Shown here one piece after another: positions 37,964-46,597 of a DNA stretch of 56,217 nt. Location: NCBI GenBank assembly GCA_040389605.1, contig JAZJZU010000039.1, forward strand, positions 1-56,217, in the 5' to 3' direction. Below the pieces are notes generated by a model that was not told the origin of the DNA, made no database searches, and was given only the letters and a program-made list of their open reading frames with translations. This DNA is from Gemmatimonadota bacterium. Lineage in GTDB: Bacteria > Gemmatimonadota > Gemmatimonadetes > Gemmatimonadales > GWC2-71-9. A program made the position numbers and the translations under genes. The stretch's first letter is position 1. Every line of letters starts with the position of its first letter.

Positions 37964-38902
37964 TCACCCCCGAATCGCGGCCTGCATCCAGCCCAGGATC
38001 AGGATCAGCGCCAGCACCTTTCCTGCCCGATGCCACCTGGACCAGAGCACGCCAACACTGGCGACGGCCACGAGGCCGCCGACCACCACCAGCGGGAACA
38101 CCGACGCGAGATCCTTCTCCGCTGCGCCCCGCACCAGCAGCGCGTGCCCCACCAATCCCGCGGCATAGCAGAGCGCCACCAGCCCCGCAGCTGGAAAGAG
38201 CCGGCGAAGCGGGGCCGTGGGGGCCTGGGCACGGGCCACCCGACGCCACGCGACCACGACCACGGCGAGCAAGAGCAGCGAGATGTCGGCAATGGCGAGC
38301 CAGCGCAAGGTCTGGTCCCGAATGCCGGGAGTCAGCTGATCGCCGATGATCGTGCCCGCCGACTGGAATGCGCGATCGAGACCACCGCGCCATCCGAGCG
38401 ATGCACCTGTCGGCCAGCCGTTGCCCGTCCAGTGCGAGAGCAACAACAGCAGGACCAGTGGCAGCAGTGCGAATGTCACGCGCCGCAGCGGTGAACGCGG
38501 CGTCGCGCGCGCTGAGACGAACGCCCAGGCCGCTGCGGCCGCGGGAAGCCCGATTCCGGCCGGTGCGACCTCGATCGCCGCGAGGGCCGCCAGGGTGCCA
38601 TAGGCAAGCGAAAACCGGGGGGCCTGCACCATCAGGAGCAGTGTGGCGAGCGTGAGGGTGAGCAGCGGTGGACCGATCAGGGAGGCGCGGTGCAGCGGCA
38701 CGAAACCCGGCAGCACCACCACCACGAGTGCCGCAGCAATCCCGGCGACCGGACCGGCGGCAGCATCGACGATGGAGAGCGCGAACGCGGCGCTGAGACC
38801 AGCACAGAGCGCGGGGAGCAGCGGTCCGAGTGCCTCGGACCAGGGCCCATCAATGCCGACGATGAAGAACGTGCCGTCGGTGTGCGCCCGCCACCACACC
38901 AC
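37964..38902 (-). CDS. Polytopic membrane protein (function unknown; start ambiguous)
   Basis: 312 aa from GTG 38902, with about 8-9 hydrophobic segments. The frame stays open upstream through LTEPRRRAILAWLVAAL back to a CTG at 38953 that overlaps the fadJ stop, so the true N-terminus may be longer. Confidence 0.6.
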   Translation of the reverse strand: MVWWRAHTDGTFFIVGIDGPWSEALGPLLPALCAGLSAAFALSIVDAAAGPVAGIAAALVVVVLPGFVPLHRASLIGPPLLTLTLATLLLMVQAPRFSLAYGTLAALAAIEVAPAGIGLPAAAAAWAFVSARATPRSPLRRVTFALLPLVLLLLLSHWTGNGWPTGASLGWRGGLDRAFQSAGTIIGDQLTPGIRDQTLRWLAIADISLLLLAVVVVAWRRVARAQAPTAPLRRLFPAAGLVALCYAAGLVGHALLVRGAAEKDLASVFPLVVVGGLVAVASVGVLWSRWHRAGKVLALILILGWMQAAIRG

Positions 38903-38949
38903 CAGGGCTGCGACCAGCCAGGCGAGGATGGCGCGCCGGCGCGGTTCGG

Positions 38950-41088
38950 TCAGCGCCCACCGTCCGCGGGATACCAGCGGCCTCCGGTCCGCGCCATTTC
39001 CTCCAGCACGGGTGCCGGGTGAAAGCGCGGACCGTGCGATGCTTCGAGGCGCTCGAGCTTCGCGACGGCCTCACCAGCGCCGATCGCATCGAGCGTACGC
39101 AACGGACCACCGCGGAACGGGGGGTAACCAATGCCGAAGATCGCACCGACATCGGCATCGCGCGGCGTGCGAACCACGCCCTCGCCCATTGCCATCGCGG
39201 CCTCGTTCAGCATCGCATAGACGAGTCGTTCTTCGACGAGCTGGCGATCGACCTCGCCCTGCGGGCGAACGCCGAGCAGCTGAAAGACGGATCCATCGGC
39301 ACCAGTCTTGTGGCCGTCCTTGTAGAAATAGAAGCCACGGCTGTTCTTCCGCCCGAGTCGATCATCGGCACGCATCACACTGATGACGCGCGAGGGAGTC
39401 AACCGATCGCCGAACGCGGCGTGCATTCCCTTCCCCGCCTTCTCGCCCACGTCGAGCCCGACTTCATCAAGCAGGGTGACGGGACCGACCGGGAAGCCCC
39501 ATGCCGTCATCACCGAATCGATCATTTCGATCGGCACACCCTCTTCGAGGAGGAAGCCGGCTTCGTTGAGATAGGGCAGCAGGATCCGGTTGACCCAGAA
39601 GCCCGGCGAGTCGGCCACCACGATCACGGTCTTTCCGATCCGTCGGCCGAACTGCACTGCCGTGACGATGGCGTCGGCGCTGGTGCTGCTCGTCGGGATC
39701 ACCTCGAGCAACGGCATCTTCTCCACGGGCGAAAAGAAGTGCATTCCGAGGATGCGCTCAGGATTCCGCGCCCCCATCGCGATATCGTGAATCGGAATCG
39801 TCGACGTGTTCGTGGCAATGATTGTGGTCGCGGGCAGATGGGCCTCGAGCTCTGCGACCACCTGTCGCTTGACGGCGAGATCCTCGAAGACGGCCTCGAT
39901 CACGACCTGCGCCCCGGCAAAGCCGGAGAAGTCGCCGGTCCCGGACAGCAGCGCGCGTTGCCGCTCGTACTCGTATCGCGTGATCTGCTTGCGCTTCAAC
40001 CGCACGCCGAGCAGGTCGGTCGCCGCCTTGAGGCCCTTTCCGACCCGAACCAGGTCGGCATCCTTCATCCGTGCCTCGACCTGCGCCGTCATCACGGCCG
40101 TCCCGGCAATCCCTGCACCCATAAAGCCACTGCCGATGATTCCGATGCGTCGCACCGGCACGGCCCGCCCCATCCCCTCGGGGACGCCATCGTCCTTCTT
40201 CAGGGCTGTCGTCGCAAAGAAGATTTCGACCAGTCGGCGAGACACGTCGGTCATCGCCAGTTCACCGAACGCCTGCGCCTCGGCCTCGATCCCCTTGGTC
40301 ATCCCGTCTTCCATCGACGTCCGCACCACGTCGATGGCGCGCAACGGTGCGGGATAGTTGCCGCCCGTCTTCTTCGTGACCTGTTCCCGGGCCTTGGAGT
40401 ACACCACCATTCGGCCGAGCGGGGTGCCATCGAGCAGTGCCCCGCTGAGACCGCCACGCCGCTTGCTTCGGCTGCCGCCGCGCGCCAGCCGTTCTGCGGC
40501 CGCGATGGCCGTCTCCAGCAGAATCGCTTCGGGGACCAGTTCGTCAATCAGTCCGATCTGCAGCGCCTTCCTGCCGCGCACACTCTTGCCAGCGAGAATG
40601 ATGTCGAACGCCGCGCGCACACCCACGAGCCGTGGCAGGCGGTTGGAGCCACCGGCGCCGGGAATCAGGCCCAGCTGGGTTTCAGGGAGGCCGAGTTGGG
40701 TCTTGGGATGATCCGTCGCCACGCGGTAGTGGCACGCGAGCGCGAGCTCGAGCCCGCCGCCGAGGCAGGCGCCGTGAATCGCGACGACAATCGGCTTCGT
40801 GGAATCGGCGGCACGCTGCATCAGCAGCTGGCCATCCCGCGAGAGGCGCACGGCCTCTTCCACGGTCCGCAACTGTACGAACTCATCGATGTCTGCACCG
40901 GCGATGAACGAGTCCGGCTTACCCGAGCGCAGGACGATCGCCTTGGTTGGTTCGTCGCTTGCGAGCCGGGTGAGCACCTCCTCGAGTTCCCACCCCACGG
41001 CCTTGCTGATGGTGTTGACCGACTCATTCGGGAGGTCGAAAGTGACCAGCGTCACCCCACCGCGGCGCTCCAGCGTGAACGCGCTCAC
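38950..41088 (-). CDS. fadJ: Fatty-acid oxidation complex alpha subunit (enoyl-CoA hydratase / 3-hydroxyacyl-CoA dehydrogenase)
   Basis: 712 aa. Crotonase region IHGACLGGGLELALAC. NAD-binding IGIIGSGFMGAGIA. Sits downstream of the FadI-type thiolase with a 4-nt overlap. Confidence 0.92.
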   Translation of the reverse strand: MSAFTLERRGGVTLVTFDLPNESVNTISKAVGWELEEVLTRLASDEPTKAIVLRSGKPDSFIAGADIDEFVQLRTVEEAVRLSRDGQLLMQRAADSTKPIVVAIHGACLGGGLELALACHYRVATDHPKTQLGLPETQLGLIPGAGGSNRLPRLVGVRAAFDIILAGKSVRGRKALQIGLIDELVPEAILLETAIAAAERLARGGSRSKRRGGLSGALLDGTPLGRMVVYSKAREQVTKKTGGNYPAPLRAIDVVRTSMEDGMTKGIEAEAQAFGELAMTDVSRRLVEIFFATTALKKDDGVPEGMGRAVPVRRIGIIGSGFMGAGIAGTAVMTAQVEARMKDADLVRVGKGLKAATDLLGVRLKRKQITRYEYERQRALLSGTGDFSGFAGAQVVIEAVFEDLAVKRQVVAELEAHLPATTIIATNTSTIPIHDIAMGARNPERILGMHFFSPVEKMPLLEVIPTSSTSADAIVTAVQFGRRIGKTVIVVADSPGFWVNRILLPYLNEAGFLLEEGVPIEMIDSVMTAWGFPVGPVTLLDEVGLDVGEKAGKGMHAAFGDRLTPSRVISVMRADDRLGRKNSRGFYFYKDGHKTGADGSVFQLLGVRPQGEVDRQLVEERLVYAMLNEAAMAMGEGVVRTPRDADVGAIFGIGYPPFRGGPLRTLDAIGAGEAVAKLERLEASHGPRFHPAPVLEEMARTGGRWYPADGGR

Positions 41089-42383
41089 GCGACACGCTCC
41101 AGAACCACCGCGAAGCCCATCCCGCCCTGCGCACAGATCGAGATCAGCCCGAACTGCACGTCCCGGCGCACCATTTCATTCGACAACGTGGTGACGAGGC
41201 GGGCACCGGTCGCTGCGAAGGGGTGGCCGAGCGCGATCGATCCGCCGAGGACGTTGGTGCGATCCCAGTCCACTTCACCCGTGACGCTGGGCAGCCCGAG
41301 CCGCGCCGACCAGTCGGCAGAGCCCCACGCCTGGACGTTCGACAGCACCTGGGATGCGAAGGCCTCGTGGATTTCGACCAGCCCGAGATGTCCCCAGCCG
41401 ATGCCGGCTCGACGCAGCGCGAGCGGCACGGCGTACGCAGGGCCCATCAGGAGTTGCCACCCGGGATCGACCGCCGCGACCGCGTACGATCGAATCGCCG
41501 TCAGCGGCCGGTAGCCCATCGCGCGCGCCCGCTCCTCGCTCATCAAGAGTGTAGTCGCGGCGCCATCCGTGAGTGGTGAGGCATTGCCCGCCGTCACGGT
41601 GCCGTACTTCCGATCGAAGACGGGGCGCAGTTTGCCGAGTGCATCGAGGGTGGTGTCGGCACGAATGGTGTTGTCGGTCTGGATCACCTGGTCCATCCCG
41701 CGCCCGCCGAACCAGGGCGTGATCTCGGCCAGGAGCCGGCCGTCGGCGGTTGCGGCCGCGGCACGCTGGTGGCTCATCAGGGCGTACTCATCCTGCGCCA
41801 GCCGGCTGATGTGATTCTCCTTCGCCATTTTTTCGGCCGACTGTCCCATACTCTCGCCCGTGCTCGGCTCGGCGATTGCCGGGGAGACGGGCACCAGGTC
41901 CCGGGGACGAACCTGGGCAAAGAGCCCCAGCCGCTCACTCAACGATTTTGCCTTGCTGGCCGAGACGAGCACCTGCGAGAACTTGCGAGTATGGAGGATC
42001 GGTACGTCGGAGAGGGTTTCGACCCCGCCCGCGAGGATCACATCGGCGTGCCCCGCCATGATCTGGTCTGCGGCGTTGCAGATGGCCTGGGCACCGGAGG
42101 CGCACGCCCGATTCAGGGTGTAGGCCGGAACGGTCCTGGGCAGTTGCGGGAGCAGGGAGACTTCCCGGGCGACGTTCGGGAGGAGGGGGGAGGGCACCAC
42201 CTGGCCGTAGATGACCTCGTCGACCTCCGAACCCGGCAATTCCGTGCGGTAGAGGAGCTCCCGGGTGCAATGGCGGGCCAGATCAGCAGCGGAGGCATCG
42301 CGCAGGACGGTGCCCGCCTTCGCGAAGGGCGTCCGGACTCCGGCGATGACCACGGCACGGCGGCCGGGAGGTGGGGTGAGCAT
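41085..42383 (-). CDS. fadI: Acetyl-CoA C-acyltransferase (FadI-type 3-ketoacyl-CoA thiolase)
   Basis: 432 aa. Active-site LNRACASGAQA, NASPLTDGAA, GGSIALGHPFAATGAR, and ICAQGGMG near the C-terminus. Length and N-terminus follow the FadI pattern rather than FadA. Confidence 0.92.
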   Translation of the reverse strand: MLTPPPGRRAVVIAGVRTPFAKAGTVLRDASAADLARHCTRELLYRTELPGSEVDEVIYGQVVPSPLLPNVAREVSLLPQLPRTVPAYTLNRACASGAQAICNAADQIMAGHADVILAGGVETLSDVPILHTRKFSQVLVSASKAKSLSERLGLFAQVRPRDLVPVSPAIAEPSTGESMGQSAEKMAKENHISRLAQDEYALMSHQRAAAATADGRLLAEITPWFGGRGMDQVIQTDNTIRADTTLDALGKLRPVFDRKYGTVTAGNASPLTDGAATTLLMSEERARAMGYRPLTAIRSYAVAAVDPGWQLLMGPAYAVPLALRRAGIGWGHLGLVEIHEAFASQVLSNVQAWGSADWSARLGLPSVTGEVDWDRTNVLGGSIALGHPFAATGARLVTTLSNEMVRRDVQFGLISICAQGGMGFAVVLERVA

Positions 42384-42443
42384 CTGCGAAAGGTAAGCGG
42401 AATCTGCTTATGTTTGGGGGTTACCTATCAGTCGGAGCCCCGC

Positions 42444-45400
42444 GTGTCGTCGAATGAAGCCGAGCAGCCTGAATACGCCCTCCCAGCGGAAGCCATCTTC
42501 ACCGCCCTGCTCGAGAGCCAGTCCACGGTTCCCTATCAGCCCGCCGGCAACGGTGCCGCCGGGCCGCCCCAGCCGACGCCGCCTGCGGCCCCGGCCGCAG
42601 CACCTGCCGTGAAGGTTCCCGAGCACGCCATCCTGCTGAAGGGACCTGCCCTGGCTCTCGCCCGGAATATGGACGCCTCGCTCGCGCTCCCGACCGCCAC
42701 AACCTTCCGGGAAATCCCGGTGCGGACGCTCGAGTTGCGGCGGTCCGAGATCAATGGTCGCCTCAAGGCCGCGGGCCGGAGCGAAAAGCTCTCCTTCACG
42801 CACCTCATTGCGTGGGCACTCGTGCAGGCCACGAAGCAGTTCCCGATTATGGGTAGCGCGGTCCTGAAGAGCGAGGCCGACAGCTACAAGCTCGTGCCTG
42901 AGCACATCAACCTCGGGCTCGCCGTCGACGTCGAACGGAAAGACGGCACCCGCGGTCTCGTGGTGCCTGTGCTCAAGCAGTCCGAGGCGTTCGCGTTCGG
43001 CGACTTCCTCGCCGCGTACGAAGCGCTGGTGGAGAAAGCACGCACCAACAAGCTGATGCCCGACGACTTCGCTGGCGCCACGATGACGCTCACGAATCCC
43101 GGTGGCCTCGGCACCGTGGCTTCCGTGCCGCGGCTGATGCCGGGCCAGGGCACCATCATCGCGACCGGTTCGATTGCCTATCCTCCCGAGTTTGCCGCAA
43201 TGGATGGTGGCGCCGTCAAGGCACTCGGGTTGTCGAAAGTGATGATGCTGACCAGCACGTACGATCACCGGGTGATCCAGGGCGCCGAGTCGGGCAGCTT
43301 CCTCCGGGCAATGGACCAGCTGCTGCAGGGCAGCGACGGATTCTACGAGAATGTGTATACCGCAATGGGGCTCGGCACACCGTCGACCATTGCGCCTGCG
43401 GGCGGCGCGGTGAGCGATGCGCGTCCTCCGCGGGCCGAGGCGGTTTCTGCTCCTGCATCGCCGGTGCAATTGCACCAGGTTGCGGGTGCGATGGCACTGG
43501 TGAAGGCGTTCCGGACGCACGGTCATCTCGCGGCACAGCTCGATCCGCTCGGGACGCCACCCGTGGGCGATCCTGCCCTCACCCCGGCAGAGGTTGGCCT
43601 CACCGAAGAAGTGATGGCAACGATTCCCACCGACGTGCTGCGGATTGCCGTTCCGGGAAATACGCTCGCCGAGGCGCTTCCGTATCTGCAGGCCACCTAC
43701 TGCGGAACCATTGCCTACGAAGTGGAACACATTGCCTCACACGAACGCCGTGTGTGGCTGCGAGAACAGATCGAGTCGGGTGTGCATCGCGTCCCGCTGA
43801 CCGTGACCCAGAAGAAGGCGCTGCTCGAGCGGCTCACGCAGGTCGAAGGGATGGAGCGCTTCCTCCACAATGCCTATATCGGGGCCAAGCGCTTCTCGAT
43901 CGAGGGCGTGGACGTGATGATCCCGATGCTCGACCTCGTCAACGAGCTCGCGGCCGATGCAGGCGTGCGGGAAGTGGTCCTTGGGATGGCGCACCGCGGC
44001 CGCCTCAACGCCCTGGCGCACACCGTGAATCTTCCCTATTCCACGATTTTCGCCGAGTTCGAAGGCGGCAAGTCGGCGGAATCGGGAATGATTCCAGAAG
44101 GCGGCACTGGCGATGTGAAGTATCATCTCGGCGCCACCGGGAGCTTTCTGTCGCCGAGTGGCAAGGAAACCACGGTCCAGCTCCTGTCGAATCCGAGCCA
44201 CCTGGAGTTTGTCGGCGCGGTGGTCATCGGACACGCACGGGCCAAGCAGACCGAGCGCAACACCAATGAGCTGCGCTACGACCTCGACGCCTCGCTCCCG
44301 GTCACCATTCACGGCGATGCAGCCTTCCCGGGGCAGGGCGTCGTGGCTGAGACGCTCAATCTCGGCGGGCTGGTTGGCTACCGCACCGGGGGCACCATTC
44401 ACCTGATCGCAAATAATCAGGTGGGATTCACGACCGATCCGATCGATGGGCGTTCGACCCGCTACTCGTCCGACCTCGCGAAGGGATTCGACATCCCGAT
44501 CATTCACGTCAACGCCGATGACCCCGAGGCCTGCCTCTCGGCCGTGCGGCTCGCGATGGCCTACCGGATGAAGTTCCGGGGTGACGTACTGATTGACCTC
44601 GTGGGCTATCGCCGGCACGGGCACAACGAGTCCGACGAAGCGAGCTATACCCAGCCGTTGATGTATGCGGAGATCAAGGCGTTGCCCACCGTGCGCGCGC
44701 AGTACGCCGACCTGCTGACCCGCGAGGGTGCGATCGCCCCGGGCGAGGCCGACGCACTCGTCTCGCGAGTCTACGACGGATTCCTTGCAGCGCAGACCGC
44801 TTTCAAGGAGGCCGCGGCGGCCGCCGCGCCAGCGGAAAGCCCTGCAGCACCCGAAGCGGCGCCGGCAGCGGTTTCGACGGCGGTCGATGCAGCACTGCTG
44901 ACCGACCTGAACGAACAGTTGCTGACCTGGCCTGAGGGATTCACGCCCAACGCCAAGCTCGCGAGGCAGCTCGAGCGTCGTCGGCCGGGGCTCACCGCCC
45001 CGAATGGCATCGACTGGGGTCACGCCGAGGCGCTCGCGTTTGCCTCATTGCTGGTTGATGGCGTGCCGATCAGGCTCACTGGCCAGGATGTAGGTCGCGC
45101 CACCTTCGCTCAGCGTCACATCATCCTGCACGATATCACGAATGGCGCCGAGATGATGACGATGCAGCATCTCAACAATGCGCGCGCGACCATCGAGGTG
45201 CACAACTCGCCGCTGTCGGAGCTGGCCTGCGTCGGCTTCGAGCACGGCTATGCCACCACGGCTCCCGAGGCGCTGGTGATCTGGGAAGCCCAGTACGGCG
45301 ACTTCGCCAACGGCGCCCAGGTGATTGTCGACCAGTTCATCACCTCGAGCCTGAGCAAGTGGGGCGTGACCTCGCGGCTCACGATGCTGCTGCCGCACGG

Positions 45401-46028
45401 CTATGAAGGGAGCGGACCGGAACACTCCTCCGCGCGACTCGAACGCTACCTGCAGGCGTGCGCTGAAGGGAACATCCGGGTGGCCAACCCGACCACCTCC
45501 GCGCAGTACTTCCACTTGATGCGTCGTCAGGCCCGCGACACGCAGTGCCGTCCGCTCGTGGTGATGACGCCGAAGTCGCTGCTGCGATTGCACGCGGCGG
45601 GTTCGTCGCTGGACGACCTCGCGAGCGGCGAGTTCCAGCCCGTGCTCGGAGCGGCCCCTTCTGCCGACGCGACGCGCCTCCTGCTGTGCAGCGGGAAGGT
45701 GTACTACGAGCTGGCGAAGGAGGCCGAGGAGCAGGGTGCCACAACGCCGATGGCACGACTGGAGCAGCTCTATCCGTTTGCCGAGCGTGAAGTGGCCGGG
45801 TTGCTCGCGCAGTACCCGGCACTGAAGGAAGTGCTCTGGGTGCAGGAAGAGCCGAAGAATATGGGAGCGTGGAGCTTCCTCGCGCCGCGACTCACGGCAC
45901 TGCTTCCCGATGGCGTCACGCTGCGGTATGTCGGTCGGCCGGAGCGCGCGTCGCCGTCGGAAGGTTACGACTCTCTCCACCGGGTGGAACAGAAGCGCAT
46001 CGTGACCGAGGCGTTTGCAGCCAGCTGA
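42444..46028 (+). CDS. kgd: Fused 2-oxoglutarate dehydrogenase/decarboxylase: E2o-like acyltransferase domain plus E1o (Kgd/OdhA architecture)
   Basis: In-frame GTG, preceded by GGAG with a 6-nt spacer, inside track ORF 41769..46028; the upstream part of that ORF is antisense to fadI. About 1194 aa. Residues ~60-300 form an E2 catalytic-type domain ending TSTYDHRVIQGAESGSFL. The remainder is E1o (GMAHRGRLN, IHGDAAFPGQGVV, YRRHGHNESDE, LPHGYEGSGPEHSSARLERYL). No lipoyl domain is visible. Confidence 0.92.
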   Translation: MSSNEAEQPEYALPAEAIFTALLESQSTVPYQPAGNGAAGPPQPTPPAAPAAAPAVKVPEHAILLKGPALALARNMDASLALPTATTFREIPVRTLELRRSEINGRLKAAGRSEKLSFTHLIAWALVQATKQFPIMGSAVLKSEADSYKLVPEHINLGLAVDVERKDGTRGLVVPVLKQSEAFAFGDFLAAYEALVEKARTNKLMPDDFAGATMTLTNPGGLGTVASVPRLMPGQGTIIATGSIAYPPEFAAMDGGAVKALGLSKVMMLTSTYDHRVIQGAESGSFLRAMDQLLQGSDGFYENVYTAMGLGTPSTIAPAGGAVSDARPPRAEAVSAPASPVQLHQVAGAMALVKAFRTHGHLAAQLDPLGTPPVGDPALTPAEVGLTEEVMATIPTDVLRIAVPGNTLAEALPYLQATYCGTIAYEVEHIASHERRVWLREQIESGVHRVPLTVTQKKALLERLTQVEGMERFLHNAYIGAKRFSIEGVDVMIPMLDLVNELAADAGVREVVLGMAHRGRLNALAHTVNLPYSTIFAEFEGGKSAESGMIPEGGTGDVKYHLGATGSFLSPSGKETTVQLLSNPSHLEFVGAVVIGHARAKQTERNTNELRYDLDASLPVTIHGDAAFPGQGVVAETLNLGGLVGYRTGGTIHLIANNQVGFTTDPIDGRSTRYSSDLAKGFDIPIIHVNADDPEACLSAVRLAMAYRMKFRGDVLIDLVGYRRHGHNESDEASYTQPLMYAEIKALPTVRAQYADLLTREGAIAPGEADALVSRVYDGFLAAQTAFKEAAAAAAPAESPAAPEAAPAAVSTAVDAALLTDLNEQLLTWPEGFTPNAKLARQLERRRPGLTAPNGIDWGHAEALAFASLLVDGVPIRLTGQDVGRATFAQRHIILHDITNGAEMMTMQHLNNARATIEVHNSPLSELACVGFEHGYATTAPEALVIWEAQYGDFANGAQVIVDQFITSSLSKWGVTSRLTMLLPHGYEGSGPEHSSARLERYLQACAEGNIRVANPTTSAQYFHLMRRQARDTQCRPLVVMTPKSLLRLHAAGSSLDDLASGEFQPVLGAAPSADATRLLLCSGKVYYELAKEAEEQGATTPMARLEQLYPFAEREVAGLLAQYPALKEVLWVQEEPKNMGAWSFLAPRLTALLPDGVTLRYVGRPERASPSEGYDSLHRVEQKRIVTEAFAAS

Positions 46029-46051
46029 GCGTGCAGCAGGGCCGGAAACTT

Positions 46052-46088
46052 CAAAGGGCCGGCATCTCGATGAGATGCCGGCCCTTTG
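46052..46088. terminator. Strong bidirectional hairpin between the convergent kgd and the HNH gene
   Basis: CAAAGGGCCGGCATCTC (46052..46068) pairs with GAGATGCCGGCCCTTTG (46072..46088), a 17-bp perfect stem with the 3-nt loop GAT. A/T runs (AAA/TTT) sit at the stem base on both strands. Confidence 0.7.
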
Positions 46089-46092
46089 CGAT

Positions 46093-46521
46093 TCAATCCG
46101 GTGGGAGCAGCGGTCGCTCGCTCGCGTTCTTCGCGAGGGACCTGAGCGGTTCCGAGAGGTGCTCACCGTAGTGCAGCAGGAAGACTCCGCGGGCGCGCTT
46201 GGCCATCAGGAACGCCAGCAGCGGAGTATCGGCCTTGGCGGCGTTGCAGGGTCGGCACGCGAGGACCAGGTTGTCGGGCCGGTCATAGGCGGATTGCCCG
46301 CGCCTCGGCCGAACGTGATCGAGCGTGATGGTCTCGGGGGGGACCCGGGTGCCGCAATAGGCGCAAACCGAGCCGTGATGCGCCAACAACCACTCGCGAT
46401 GTGAGCCGTAGGAGCGACCGGGAGACTTGCGAAGGCTGGAGCCGTTGCTGCCGTTGGTGTGTTCCGGCTCTTCGGCCGGTGGGGCGACATTGGTGCCGCC
46501 GCGACGTCTTGTTCGTGCCAC
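46093..46521 (-). CDS. Small stand-alone HNH endonuclease
   Basis: 142 aa. CAYCG-x10-LDHVRPRRG-x6-DNLVLACRPCNAAK is the HNH beta-beta-alpha-Me motif with flanking Cys pairs. N-terminus is Arg-rich (MARTRRRGG). Confidence 0.85.
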   Translation of the reverse strand: MARTRRRGGTNVAPPAEEPEHTNGSNGSSLRKSPGRSYGSHREWLLAHHGSVCAYCGTRVPPETITLDHVRPRRGQSAYDRPDNLVLACRPCNAAKADTPLLAFLMAKRARGVFLLHYGEHLSEPLRSLAKNASERPLLPPD

Positions 46522-46597
46522 GTAATTCCTTTTGAGGTTCAGGTACTGAAGAGGGAACGCTAACCCGGCGACCGGGGTTCCGGGAGGCCGAGGGCGG

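Noticed and set aside
37962-38393. 5' extension of the GNAT ORF, which would give 315 aa
   Set aside because: The extension overlaps the membrane-protein gene in another frame and is Arg/Gly/Ala noise. A complete GNAT fold starts at ATG 37961.
39019-41514. 831-aa plus-strand ORF
   Set aside because: It is antisense to fadJ and the 3' part of fadI, and has a His/Arg/Asp/Gly-rich low-information sequence.
41769-42443. 5' extension of the Kgd ORF, which would give a 1419-aa protein
   Set aside because: The extension is antisense to fadI. GTG 42444 has a GGAG 6 nt upstream and gives a length typical of Kgd/OdhA.
42408-45023. Two long minus-strand ORFs (42408..43730 and 43737..45023)
   Set aside because: Both are antisense to the Kgd/OdhA-type gene and have an Arg/Gly/His-rich composition. 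They are artefacts of a stop-poor antisense frame.
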